Positions 1-9,339 of a stretch of DNA of 64,000 bases are shown one piece after another. The notes beneath the pieces were generated by a model. That model did not search any database, was not told where the DNA came from, and saw only the letters and a program-made list of their open reading frames with translations. The number at the start of each line of letters is the position of its first letter. Position 1 is the first letter of the stretch. Position numbers and translations under genes: made by a program. The DNA is from Bacteroidia bacterium (GTDB taxonomy: Bacteria; Bacteroidota; Bacteroidia; J057): positions 518 to 64,517 of the forward strand of contig JBGCFB010000148.1 of the NCBI GenBank assembly GCA_045106685.1, given 5' to 3'.

Positions 1-2903
1 TGCAGGCGCTTGAGATTGTCGACCTTATGGCTTTTTACTTCGATATAGGCAGGGCCATATTCAGGCTTTTTTTGATATGCAGAAAAGCCCGTTTCGCAGT
101 CTATCAAGTGAATAGACTCAATCATCAAGCGCGACAAGTCTTTTGAAGCAACTCCCAATACAGCATCTTGAATCGTTGCCGAGATAATCTTTACTGTTGC
201 TTCTTCACCTACACTTATTCCTTTATCGCCAGGAGAAATCACGCTGCAATCTATGATGTCAATCAGACTGCCAGAGAAGTCCATACCGTCATTTCCCGTT
301 TTTCTAAATACACAATTTTGCACCTTTCCTTTACAAAAATCAGCATCAAATCCGTCAGCGAAGGTGTTGGCTATCAGGCTGTTATCCATCGTGAAGTCAC
401 AGCGAATGAGGTTGAGTGCATCTTCACAAATGTTCCCCGTAAAGGAGCATTGATGGATTGTGATTTCGCTTTCGAAAAATGTGACCGCGCCTGTCAAGGA
501 CCATTTGTCTTTGATCAATGTATTGAAGCCATCAAAGGAAACATAGCTTAAGGATGAAGCTTCTTTTGCTTGTAGCACGGTAAAGCCTTTGGCGCTTTTG
601 TCCGATGAAAAAATCTTAATCCTTGCTTCAGGATCACCTTGCATAACGACTGCAGAACGCGATATAAAGCTGGCTCCTTTGATCATATCCAGCGACACGC
701 CAGCTGCAAAGCTAACCTCATATCCTTGCGGAATTATGATGTCGGTTGCGACCTGATAACGACCTGCTGGGAAATGCACCTTTTTACCTGCAACCTGATA
801 CACATCATTGCTGGAAAGTTGAATATTTTCAAATAACGCTTGTGGAGGTGTAATAGGGCTGGCCGCAGGAACTGGAGAAACATTTGATACAAATACGCTA
901 TCTAATCCTGGAACACGGTAGAATATAACGCGAGGCTTATCTGTAGTTGGAATTACCTGGAAGTCCATTGGTAAGTTCGGCGAATATGGCTTAAGCCAGA
1001 CGGCGCTATCCAGTGTAATCTTCATCTTTGCTTTGATGTCACCGTATCCGATCACCTGCAAAGGCAAAGCATGGCCGTTGGCGACTTGAAGGAGGTCGCC
1101 ACGTTCTTGATGGCAGCGCAAGGCATTCTGCATCGGGAACATAAGCCCTTTGATCCTATTCGCTGATATCAGAAATTCGTTTTTGTCAAAGCGGTATTTA
1201 GGATATTCCTCACTCAGGAGTGATTCGCGTTGTTCGATGGGCTCTTCCATATTAATGAAAAAATTGTCCACTTCATCACCGCTGGTATATTGCCAGAGGT
1301 AGGCGATATATCGCTCTACAAAGGCTTCATCGAGAAATAGTCGAGTCAATAAATCGACTTCAGGATCACCTGTAGGCTTGGCTTGCTGAAATAGCATAAA
1401 GGGCCTTTCGATCCAGTTGAATGAAGAGCCATAGACATAGCCATCGTAGCCGATAGGTTCCAGTTTGCCGATAACAGGATTATAGTAGAAGCGTTGATTG
1501 TGCCAAAAAAGCCCGTGATAGGCCTGGAAGATGTCGGTAATCGCAAAGTAGCGCGCCAGCCTGTCCAGGTCAAATACCTCATCCACGGTTTTGGTGCCAA
1601 AACGATAGGCCTCCATCAGACTATGAGCAAGTTCTACCTGGTTGGCGAGTGTCGGATTTTTGAGGCTTTGGTTTTGGCGAAAAGCGGCTACTTCCGAAGT
1701 CTCATATTGGTTGAGTTTGGTTTCGGTTACTTTGGGGCCAAGCGCATTGTGCGTGTTGCGCATACGCGCCTTCCACATGCCTTCCTCTGTGAATTTTACG
1801 ATAGGACCTTCACGCCGACCTCTGAACTCCAGCAATTGCTTGTCAAAGTGTTCTTCGTATGCATATGGCCCTAGATTTTTGCCATTAAAAAAGAGTCTTA
1901 CAAAATCATAGCGCGGACATAAAATATCTTCTTTGATCAAAAACTGGTGGTAGACCCATTCGGAAATGAAGTTACGCGCTCCCGGATTTTGAAGTGAAAA
2001 AGTCATAAGACGATTCCAGTTCTGAGGCGCTTTGACCTTGATACGGAATGACCATTTGTCACCTCGCAGGTGGTCCATGAGGTCGCCTTTGAGGCGCATT
2101 TTTACCTTGATCTCTTCATCCTTGCGGCCGATTTTACCTTTTACCCAATCATCATCTTCAGTTTCCAGCAGCAGCTTTTTCAATGCTTCATCGCGCTTGC
2201 CTGTCAACTTGCGCATGCCTTTTTCACTTACGCGCAGGTCTACAAAGTTGAATGTCGTGTCACGGGCATATTTTACAAAAGCGGGTTCTTCATAGGCTAG
2301 TTTTTTAATCACCATATCATCGAACCAGCACGCTGCGCCAGGATTATAGATATATGTCTTGACCTCGTTTCCATCAAAATCAGATGGGATTACAAAGCGA
2401 ATCCGCACATACTCCCAGCCGTTTTCGGCTGCCTTCTCCGGCATTACCTGGGCATAGCGCTTGTCCCAATCGTCCAGACTGACGATAAGCCTACCAGCGT
2501 TTTGCGCCGCCACACCTTCCATCCTATAACGCCATACTCCCACCTCGATGCGGTCTCCACCAGAAACGTATGGCCCAAGGTCAAATCCTAAAGCATACGG
2601 ATGTTTATCATCTGCTTTGCAGGAATAACGGCCCGATCTAGCGTGTAGGCTATCTTGCTGTAAGCCAGCCCCAAAACGATATTGGCCCATCTTATAGAGA
2701 TGGTAATCGCCTTCCGTTACAGCAGTATCGGCATTACACGTGATGGTCAGCAGATCAGAGTTTGTTTCAAGGGCTCCTTTCTCTGAGGCTTTGTTCCAAA
2801 TTTTGCCCAAAGCAAAAATAGCAAGCACCAATATAATCACCCCAAGCCCCCAAAAGAGGCGAGAGGAGGATACTATGCGTTTGGACTGGTCCTTTACGAT
2901 CAT
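1..2903 (-). CDS. CotH kinase-family protein with C-terminal right-handed beta-helix repeats. The 3' end runs off the window, so no stop is reached and it is absent from the ORF track.
   Basis: I translated the minus strand from the ATG at complement 2901-2903 (MIVKDQSKRIVSSSRLFWGLGVIILVLAIF...). The frame stays open to position 1 and ends ...PEYGPAYIEVKSHKVDNLKRL. The blocks MRLKGDLMDHLRGDKWSFRIKV, FSLQNPGARNFISEWVYHQFL, VRLFFNGKNLGPYAYEEHFDKQLLE and FYYNPVIGKLEPIGYDGY fit the CotH pattern. The tail has Cys/Asp-rich beta-helix-like repeats. Confidence 0.8.
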   Translation of the reverse strand, partial: MIVKDQSKRIVSSSRLFWGLGVIILVLAIFALGKIWNKASEKGALETNSDLLTITCNADTAVTEGDYHLYKMGQYRFGAGLQQDSLHARSGRYSCKADDKHPYALGFDLGPYVSGGDRIEVGVWRYRMEGVAAQNAGRLIVSLDDWDKRYAQVMPEKAAENGWEYVRIRFVIPSDFDGNEVKTYIYNPGAACWFDDMVIKKLAYEEPAFVKYARDTTFNFVDLRVSEKGMRKLTGKRDEALKKLLLETEDDDWVKGKIGRKDEEIKVKMRLKGDLMDHLRGDKWSFRIKVKAPQNWNRLMTFSLQNPGARNFISEWVYHQFLIKEDILCPRYDFVRLFFNGKNLGPYAYEEHFDKQLLEFRGRREGPIVKFTEEGMWKARMRNTHNALGPKVTETKLNQYETSEVAAFRQNQSLKNPTLANQVELAHSLMEAYRFGTKTVDEVFDLDRLARYFAITDIFQAYHGLFWHNQRFYYNPVIGKLEPIGYDGYVYGSSFNWIERPFMLFQQAKPTGDPEVDLLTRLFLDEAFVERYIAYLWQYTSGDEVDNFFINMEEPIEQRESLLSEEYPKYRFDKNEFLISANRIKGLMFPMQNALRCHQERGDLLQVANGHALPLQVIGYGDIKAKMKITLDSAVWLKPYSPNLPMDFQVIPTTDKPRVIFYRVPGLDSVFVSNVSPVPAASPITPPQALFENIQLSSNDVYQVAGKKVHFPAGRYQVATDIIIPQGYEVSFAAGVSLDMIKGASFISRSAVVMQGDPEARIKIFSSDKSAKGFTVLQAKEASSLSYVSFDGFNTLIKDKWSLTGAVTFFESEITIHQCSFTGNICEDALNLIRCDFTMDNSLIANTFADGFDADFCKGKVQNCVFRKTGNDGMDFSGSLIDIIDCSVISPGDKGISVGEEATVKIISATIQDAVLGVASKDLSRLMIESIHLIDCETGFSAYQKKPEYGPAYIEVKSHKVDNLKRL

Positions 2904-2915
2904 GCTTTCGAACCT

Positions 2916-3593
2916 TTAGATACCCAGGCTGGGTTGGTCGATAAGTGAGATGCTGCTTTTTGGGGAAATGCCCATAACGGCTTTGCGAACGGCTTCTACG
3001 GCACTGAGTGAGTCAGCTTTGACCAGATAGGACAAGTTAAGTCCGTCTGCTTGCTGGTCCATTCGCTTCAATTCTACATAGGAGAGGTGCTGTGAAAAAA
3101 GTGCCGTCACTGCTTCCACATCAGTAAGGTCTGTGCGAATATTGAGGTACATGCCGTCATGCTTTTTGAACGACATCTTTCCACCATACTTATTATTGAT
3201 AAGGACAGTCGCCAGAATGACCACATAGACGATAAGCGACAGGATAGGCTGGCCGGCACCACAACCCAAGCCAATCGCTATGACTAGAAACAAATAGACC
3301 AGTTCTTCCGGGTCTTTGATCGCTGCGCGAAAGCGCACAATCGAAAGCGCACCCACAAGGCCCAGCGAAAGGGCGATCGATGACTGCACGATCGTAATGA
3401 TGAGCATGGTCGTGAGACCGAGCGGTATAAAATTATTGGAAAAGCGGCTTCTGTTTGAGACTGCTTGACCAAAACGGATGTAAAAAAAACGCAAGAAAGC
3501 GAGCAAAGGAATCGCAAAAGCGAGTCCAATTATAAAATCAATAATATTGATGCTCTGACTAAACTGCTCGAGATATTGTTCAAATTTTCCCAT
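2916..3593 (-). CDS. DUF4956-like polytopic membrane protein, in an operon with the CotH gene
   Basis: 225-aa ORF that stops 12 nt before the CotH start. It has several TM segments. The block SIALSLGLVGALSIVRFRAAIKDPEELVYLF is the signature I associate with DUF4956, a family usually encoded beside VTC/CotH genes. Confidence 0.65.
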   Translation of the reverse strand: MGKFEQYLEQFSQSINIIDFIIGLAFAIPLLAFLRFFYIRFGQAVSNRSRFSNNFIPLGLTTMLIITIVQSSIALSLGLVGALSIVRFRAAIKDPEELVYLFLVIAIGLGCGAGQPILSLIVYVVILATVLINNKYGGKMSFKKHDGMYLNIRTDLTDVEAVTALFSQHLSYVELKRMDQQADGLNLSYLVKADSLSAVEAVRKAVMGISPKSSISLIDQPSLGI

Positions 3594-3859
3594 GTATGTT
3601 TTTAACCCTTGTATGACACGCGGTTAACACGGCGGTAAAAGTATGGATTTTGACAGGAAGAAGAAAAGCTTTGCCATATTGAGGTATGGCTTTCTTATAA
3701 AAACATAAATCGATTACCTTGATGGTCATAAAAGTCATCTCAGATGCCGTATTTCTGATCTCGGATGTGGTATCAGGGCTGTCATTCATTTTTTCGAAAT
3801 AAATAAAACAATCCTTTTCCTTATAAAACGAGCCTAAACCAACAAAACCCTTTTGTGGC

Positions 3860-3932
3860 CTGAGCGGAGTCGAAGGCCCCTCAACCAAAAATCTACAAAT
3901 TTTCTTGCCGTTATGGCTTCGACTCCGCTCAG
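3860..3932. repeat. Palindromic REP/MITE-like element, family 1, copy 1
   Basis: CTGAGCGGAGTCGAAG (3860-3875) and its exact reverse complement CTTCGACTCCGCTCAG (3917-3932) flank a 41-nt loop. The same 16-mer pair recurs at 41795-41855. Confidence 0.85.
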
Positions 3933-4125
3933 CCACCAGCTATTTAGCTGGTGAAAATGGCGATTAAAGACGCCACGGCGCCATTATTATTTCATTTTTT
4001 TTGAATGAACACCCCTAATGTAGTATCTCCCAAAAGCTGGGAAGGATAAAGTAGAAATACGAGATACTGCATACGAAATACGACATCAGATTTTATAAGA
4101 AAGCCCTCATCCTAAAGCCTCTACC

Positions 4126-5124
4126 ATGCCTGCCATCTCCATCTTAATGTCTGTATATAATGCTGCGACCAGCCTGCCTTCCACGTTGGATAGCATCGTG
4201 AGTCAGTCGTATACTGATTGGGAACTGATAGCAGTGGATGACGGCTCTACGGATGGCTCACTTGTCATTTTGCAAAGCTGGTCAGCTGAGGATCAGCGTA
4301 TCAAGGTATTGCCGCTTGCCCATCATGGCATTGTCGATGCGTTGAATGTTGGGCTTGAGCATGTGACTGCGCCACTCATAGCCCGCATGGATGCCGATGA
4401 TGTTATGCATACTCATCGTTTGGAAAAGCAGTATGATTATATGCTTCGCAATCCCGATGTAGGGGTTGTGAGTAGCCTGGTAAGGCATGTAGGTGATGAG
4501 TCCCAAAAGGGCTACGCCCGGCATGTCGCCTGGATCAATGGCCTGATCAGTCATGAGGAAATGGCGGTTAATCGCTTTGTCGATGCGCCCATTGCCAATC
4601 CCTCGGTTATGTTCAGAGCAGAATGTATCCGGGATTATGGAGGCTATCGCAAAGGCGATTTCCCTGAAGATTATGAATTCTGGCTCCGTTGGCTGGAAGC
4701 TGGAGTCCGCATGGCAAAAGTGCCGGAAGTATTACTTGACTGGCACGACGGGCCAGGTCGGATTACGCGCCACCACCCGATGTATCGCGACGAAGCTTTT
4801 ACCAATATTAAAGCGCCTTACCTGATGCGATGGCTTGAACAGCATAATCCTTATCATCCTCAGGTCGTCGTTTGGGGAGCTGGAAGAAAGTCACGTAAGC
4901 GCTTGCAACCGCTTTTAGACCTTGGCTTGAAGGTGGTAGCGTACATTGATATTAAAAGTGAAGGCCGGCAACTTGATGCTCCAGTAATAAATTATCGAAA
5001 TATTGGAACATTGAAGGACGTTTTTGTGTTGTCGATCGTGAATAAAATAGGGGCGCAGAAAGAAATTTGCGAGTATCTGGAAAAGCATGATTTTGTACTT
5101 GGAAAAAACTTCATAGTGACTTAG
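4126..5124 (+). CDS. Family 2 glycosyltransferase with a C-terminal Rossmann-like extension
   Basis: ISILMSVYNAATSLPSTLDSIVSQSYTDWELIAVDDGSTDGS and RMDADD (DxD) mark a GT-A/GT2 N-terminal domain. The C-terminal ~100 aa include VVVWGAGRKS. Confidence 0.85.
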   Translation: MPAISILMSVYNAATSLPSTLDSIVSQSYTDWELIAVDDGSTDGSLVILQSWSAEDQRIKVLPLAHHGIVDALNVGLEHVTAPLIARMDADDVMHTHRLEKQYDYMLRNPDVGVVSSLVRHVGDESQKGYARHVAWINGLISHEEMAVNRFVDAPIANPSVMFRAECIRDYGGYRKGDFPEDYEFWLRWLEAGVRMAKVPEVLLDWHDGPGRITRHHPMYRDEAFTNIKAPYLMRWLEQHNPYHPQVVVWGAGRKSRKRLQPLLDLGLKVVAYIDIKSEGRQLDAPVINYRNIGTLKDVFVLSIVNKIGAQKEICEYLEKHDFVLGKNFIVT

Positions 5125-5168
5125 AATTTTTTTCCCTGTCAAAGCAGAAATACGCTAATTTTTATTTG

Positions 5169-5176
5169 TACTTTTG
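5169..5176 (+). promoter_or_regulatory. Candidate Bacteroidetes sigma-A -7 box (TAnnTTTG) for gltA
   Basis: TACTTTTG lies 35 nt upstream of ATG 5211. It sits inside the upstream TTG-extended ORF, which supports using the ATG as the start. Confidence 0.4.
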
Positions 5177-5210
5177 CAAAAAACCAACGCATACAAAAAA
5201 ATACCAGAAA

Positions 5211-6497
5211 ATGTCAGAAACAAGCCATCCCGCCACCGTAGAACTACATATCAATGGTCAAGCACACGAACTAACTGTTGTGGAAGGAACCATGGGCGAT
5301 AAAGGAATCCAGATTCCTAAACTGCTCGGTACCACAGGCCATGTTACTTTGGATGTAGGCTACAAAAATACTGGTGCCACTACCAGTGCAATCACGTTCA
5401 TCAATGGTTCTGAAGGGGTGCTTCTACACCGCGGATATTCCATCGAAGAATTAGCGGATAAGGCTAGCTTTAGCGAGATCATGTATCTCTTACTACACGG
5501 CGAACTGCCTACTCAATCTCAGCTTGATGATTTGAATGGAAATCTGGCTAAGTATGCAGAAGTACCTGCCGAGGTTAAAACGATTCTTGATGCCATGCCT
5601 CAGTCGTCGCATCCGATGGCCTTTATGACTACGGCGCTTGCTGCACTTTCTGGAAACTATTCCCATATGCTCGATTCCTGGACTGATGAAGAAGTTCGTT
5701 GGGAGTCGATCTATCGTTTGTTGGGACACATGCCTACATTGACTGCCTATGTGCACCGTCGTAATGCTGGCTTGCCATATATCGATCCTAAACCTGAACT
5801 AGGATATGTCGAGAACTTCCTGAACATGATGTTTGGTGAAGTAGATAAAGACGTTGCTGAAGCAATCGATACATTACTCGTATTGCATGCAGATCATGAG
5901 CAAAACTGCTCTGCTTCATCTGTGCGTTTGGTAGGATCATCACATGTGAACTTGTTTGCAGCGGTTGCTGCTGGTAATGCAGCCCTTTGGGGACCACTTC
6001 ACGGTGGAGCCAACCAGAAGGTTGTCGAGATGCTTGCAAACATCATTGCAGATGGTGGCGACACTGAGAAGTACATCGCTAAAGCAAAAGACAAGTCTGA
6101 TCCATTCCGCTTGATGGGATTTGGTCACCGTGTATATAAAAATCTTGATCCTCGTGCCAAAGTAATTAAGGCATATGCAGATAAGGTGCTCGACGCACTT
6201 GATGTAGATGATCCTGCACTTCCTATTGCTAAAGGCTTGGAAAAAGCTGCATTGGAGGACGAGTACTTCGCATCACGTAAGCTTTTCCCGAATGTTGATT
6301 TTTACTCTGGCTTGATTTATAAAGCACTTGATATTCCGGTTGATATGTTCACCGTCATGTTTGCTTTGGGACGCCTTCCAGGATGGATTTCACAGTGGAA
6401 AGAGATGCGCGAAGACGCACAGCCTATCGGCCGTCCACGCCAGATTTATCTTGGCGAAGCGAAGCGTCCTTATGTATCGATTGAAAACAGAGACTAA
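5211..6497 (+). CDS. gltA: Citrate synthase
   Basis: Motifs LLHGELP, LVLHADHEQNCSASSVR and MGFGHRVYKNLDPRA are present. I moved the start from the track TTG at 5166 to ATG 5211 (MSETSHP...). Confidence 0.95.
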   Translation: MSETSHPATVELHINGQAHELTVVEGTMGDKGIQIPKLLGTTGHVTLDVGYKNTGATTSAITFINGSEGVLLHRGYSIEELADKASFSEIMYLLLHGELPTQSQLDDLNGNLAKYAEVPAEVKTILDAMPQSSHPMAFMTTALAALSGNYSHMLDSWTDEEVRWESIYRLLGHMPTLTAYVHRRNAGLPYIDPKPELGYVENFLNMMFGEVDKDVAEAIDTLLVLHADHEQNCSASSVRLVGSSHVNLFAAVAAGNAALWGPLHGGANQKVVEMLANIIADGGDTEKYIAKAKDKSDPFRLMGFGHRVYKNLDPRAKVIKAYADKVLDALDVDDPALPIAKGLEKAALEDEYFASRKLFPNVDFYSGLIYKALDIPVDMFTVMFALGRLPGWISQWKEMREDAQPIGRPRQIYLGEAKRPYVSIENRD

Positions 6498-6525
6498 TAC
6501 ATTTGTCATGATTCATTGATAATTA

Positions 6526-6573
6526 ATCATGAACAATTATCAATGAATAGTTTAATCGATAATTGTTCATGAT
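6526..6573 (+). terminator. Stem-loop downstream of gltA (putative terminator, no U-tract)
   Basis: ATCATGAACAATTATC (6526-6541) pairs perfectly with GATAATTGTTCATGAT (6558-6573). This gives a 16-bp stem and a 16-nt loop. Confidence 0.45.
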
Positions 6574-6593
6574 CTAATGGCGAATGATTAATT

Positions 6594-7388
6594 ATGAAAG
6601 CCTATCTGCAACTGCTGGAAGATGTTATGCAAAACGGTAGCGACCGGGGAGACCGGACGGGTACTGGTACGCGAGCAGTATTTGGCCGGCAGTTGCGGTT
6701 TGATCTTTCAGAAGGCTTTCCGCTCGTTACTACTAAAAAGGTTCATACCCGTTCCATCATTCATGAGCTATTGTGGTTCCTGAAAGGCGAAAGCAATATC
6801 GCCTACCTGAAGGAAAACAAGGTCCGCATTTGGGATCCCTGGGCTGATGAAGACGGAAACCTGGGGCCTGTTTACGGCGTCCAGTGGAGATCGTGGATGG
6901 GAGCCAACGGCGAAACGATCGATCAAATTTCGCAAGTAGTAGAAGCAATAAAAAAGAATCCTAATTCAAGAAGGCACATTGTAAGTGCCTGGAATGTAGG
7001 GCAGCTTACTGAAATGGCCCTTCCGCCATGTCACGCCTTTTTTCAGTTTTTTGTGGCAGATGGCAAACTCTCCTGTCAATTATATCAGCGAAGCGCTGAC
7101 TTGTTTATTGGAGTTCCTTTCAATATCGCGAGTTATGCATTACTAACCTGTATGGTTGCGCATGTCTGTGATCTGGAAGCTGGTGATTTTGTGCACACCT
7201 TTGGTGATGCGCATATCTATCACAATCATTATGATCAGGTCAAACTTCAACTAAGCCGCGATACACTCGCACTTCCACAGTTGAAGCTAAATCCAGAGGT
7301 CAAGTCCATTTTTGATTTTAAATACGAAGACATCGAGATTCTTAATTACGAATCTCATGCTGTAATTAAAGCTCCTGTTGCTGTTTGA
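6594..7388 (+). CDS. thyA: Thymidylate synthase
   Basis: 264 aa with [19 protein letters not shown] and [16 protein letters not shown]. Confidence 0.97.
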   Translation: MKAYLQLLEDVMQNGSDRGDRTGTGTRAVFGRQLRFDLSEGFPLVTTKKVHTRSIIHELLWFLKGESNIAYLKENKVRIWDPWADEDGNLGPVYGVQWRSWMGANGETIDQISQVVEAIKKNPNSRRHIVSAWNVGQLTEMALPPCHAFFQFFVADGKLSCQLYQRSADLFIGVPFNIASYALLTCMVAHVCDLEAGDFVHTFGDAHIYHNHYDQVKLQLSRDTLALPQLKLNPEVKSIFDFKYEDIEILNYESHAVIKAPVAV

Positions 7389-7394
7389 TGAATA

Positions 7395-7468
7395 ATTAGC
7401 TGATTTGAAGATTTGATAATTAGCTGATCTCCACATAATCAAATCAGCTAATCAACCAATCAGCTAAT
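7395..7468. repeat. 2+2 inverted array of the decamer ATTAGCTGAT / ATCAGCTAAT, giving nested hairpins after thyA
   Basis: ATTAGCTGAT is at 7395 and 7419. ATCAGCTAAT is at 7443 and 7459. The 14-mers 7395-7408 and 7439-7452 are exact reverse complements. Confidence 0.8.
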
Positions 7469-7483
7469 CATCAAATCACCCAG

Positions 7484-8206
7484 ATGCTTAACATCCTTAT
7501 ACTTGAAGATGACCCTTTGTTCGCCATTGACATAGAAATGTGTGTCGACGAGCTTGGGTATACCAAGTTGGGAGTATTTGACAGGGCGGAGGATGCGCTT
7601 ACCTATCTAGGCAAGCATCAGGCAGATATGCTGATCTGTGATATTCAGTTAAAAGGAGAACTGACAGGTTTGGACGTGGCTGCCTGGGCTGGCAAAAAAA
7701 ATGTTCCCGTTGTGTTTGTCACGAGTTTTCTGGATGACGAAACCTTCGCCAAGGCGAAGGCCTTGGCCCCTTGTGCCTATATTATCAAGCCATTTAAAGC
7801 CGGAGATCTCCAGCGTGCGCTTGAACTTGCAGCTTTACAAGTAGAGCCAGGAAATAAAGAAAAGGACACGGAAAACATTTATCATCCGGGAAAACCTTTT
7901 TTCCTCAAGCATAAAAACAAGCTAAAAAAAGTAGCCGCTGAAGATATCCAGTATATCGTATCGGACGGGAATTATGCTACAATCGTAACAAAACAAGGGC
8001 GCTTTGTAGTAAAGCGCTCCTTGTTGAATATTGCAAAGTCGTTGCCTGAGGAAATCTTTGTGCGCGTGCACCGCTCCTACCTCGTGAAGTTTGAGGCTAT
8101 TGATAATATCTATCCTGATAGCCAGGAAATAGGCATTGGAGAAGAGCGCATTCCGCTTGGTAGAGCTTACAAAGCTGGCCTTATGGAACGATTTCAGGTG
8201 CTTTAA
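7484..8206 (+). CDS. LytTR-family response regulator (orphan, no adjacent kinase)
   Basis: The receiver domain shows ILILEDDP...DMLICDIQL. The C-terminal LytTR-type DNA-binding domain shows YIVSDGNYATIVTKQGRFVVKRSL...VRVHRSYLV. Confidence 0.9.
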   Translation: MLNILILEDDPLFAIDIEMCVDELGYTKLGVFDRAEDALTYLGKHQADMLICDIQLKGELTGLDVAAWAGKKNVPVVFVTSFLDDETFAKAKALAPCAYIIKPFKAGDLQRALELAALQVEPGNKEKDTENIYHPGKPFFLKHKNKLKKVAAEDIQYIVSDGNYATIVTKQGRFVVKRSLLNIAKSLPEEIFVRVHRSYLVKFEAIDNIYPDSQEIGIGEERIPLGRAYKAGLMERFQVL

Positions 8207-8243
8207 GGCTTATTATGCCAAAGATCCGGGTGCTTAATAGAAA

Positions 8244-9206
8244 TTAGGGAGCTTGCCAAATAAAGCGCCCATTCTTTAAGAAAGCTTCAATCTGTTCTAC
8301 ACTTTGGCTTGATTTACGTCCCACACCTTCTTCGCTGTTAAAAGCATTATGAGGAGTACAAATAGCCTTGGGGTGACGAGACATTGCAAGCGTTGCCTGT
8401 ACTTCAGGGTGATCGGAAGGAATGCCTTCACGTAGTACACCTGCAAGCGATTTTTCCTGCTCATATACATCGATACCTACGCCACCAAGATGTCCTTCTT
8501 CGAGTAGCTTGATCAGTACGCTACTGTGCGAAAGCTCGCCACGGGATATATTAATAAAGAGCATGCCTGGTTTCGCTTTTTTCAAAACATCATAACTGAA
8601 AAAGCCAACATTATTATGGGTCAGGTCCATGGCGCAAACACAGATGTCAGCCTGTGCCAATCCATCTTCAAGACTGACATAATTGACATCTTCTTTTTCG
8701 TGATTAAGGTCGACGCCAAGTGTTTTCATATCCAGTCCATTACCAATGCGGATGACCTCATAACCGATATTTCCTACGCCTACTACCAGTAAGGTTTTTT
8801 CGGCAGTTTCACGTCCGGTAAGACCGTCACGGTGGAAGCGAGTGAAGTGCTCTAGCTGTTGTGGAAGCTTGCGCAGTAAGGACATCCACAATAGCATCGC
8901 TTGTTCTGCTACTGCTCTGTGACAATACAAAGGCAGGTAGCCAAGGCTCAGATTCGGAGCGACGCGTTCGCGATAGGCGCGTAGATGGTCATAACCAGTA
9001 CTCCTGGAGAGAATCGCCTGAAGCGAAGAAGCCCACTCGTCAGGAATAACTGACTGGGTCCGCAAGCTTATCACGGGCGCCGGAGGCGTATCTGAGCCAT
9101 ATTCCTGGATAGTCTTCCAGGTAAAGCCGGCTTTGATATGATCGGGAAGGTAGTGTTTGATTGCCTCTTCTTCTTCTTCAAAGGCTTCGTAAAAAAAGAT
9201 ATCCAT
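8244..9206 (-). CDS. D-isomer-specific 2-hydroxyacid dehydrogenase family protein
   Basis: LLVVGVGNIGYEV (GxGxxG), NISRGELS, GIDVYEQE and CTPHNAF are present. Confidence 0.85.
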   Translation of the reverse strand: MDIFFYEAFEEEEEAIKHYLPDHIKAGFTWKTIQEYGSDTPPAPVISLRTQSVIPDEWASSLQAILSRSTGYDHLRAYRERVAPNLSLGYLPLYCHRAVAEQAMLLWMSLLRKLPQQLEHFTRFHRDGLTGRETAEKTLLVVGVGNIGYEVIRIGNGLDMKTLGVDLNHEKEDVNYVSLEDGLAQADICVCAMDLTHNNVGFFSYDVLKKAKPGMLFINISRGELSHSSVLIKLLEEGHLGGVGIDVYEQEKSLAGVLREGIPSDHPEVQATLAMSRHPKAICTPHNAFNSEEGVGRKSSQSVEQIEAFLKNGRFIWQAP

Positions 9207-9214
9207 GTTTAGGA

Positions 9215-9249
9215 GTTCAAAGTTTCTGGTTTAAAGTCTAAAGTTCTAA
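9215..9249. repeat. Degenerate heptamer array (GTTNNAA-like, 5 units)
   Basis: The sequence reads gttcaaa gtttctg gtttaaa gtctaaa gttctaa, in strict 7-nt register. Confidence 0.7.
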
Positions 9250-9280
9250 AAAGGTAATTGAGGAAAATAATCTTTTTCAA

Positions 9281-9315
9281 TAAAAAATGCCCAACCTTTT
9301 ATAAAGGCTGGGCAT
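9281..9315 (-). terminator. Intrinsic terminator of the MscS gene
   Basis: ATGCCCAACC (9287-9296) pairs with GGCTGGGCAT (9306-9315) with one mismatch. A T-run follows on the minus strand (plus-strand A-run 9282-9286). Confidence 0.7.
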
Positions 9316-9339
9316 GAAGGGGCTTATTAACTTGTGTAA

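Noticed and set aside
3580-3936. 118-aa minus-strand ORF upstream of the DUF4956 gene
   Set aside because: It starts inside the family-1 palindromic element (translated as AERSRSH...) and overlaps the DUF4956 start. The analogous ORFs at 41727-41921 and 41785-42027 are also generated by the second copy of the element.
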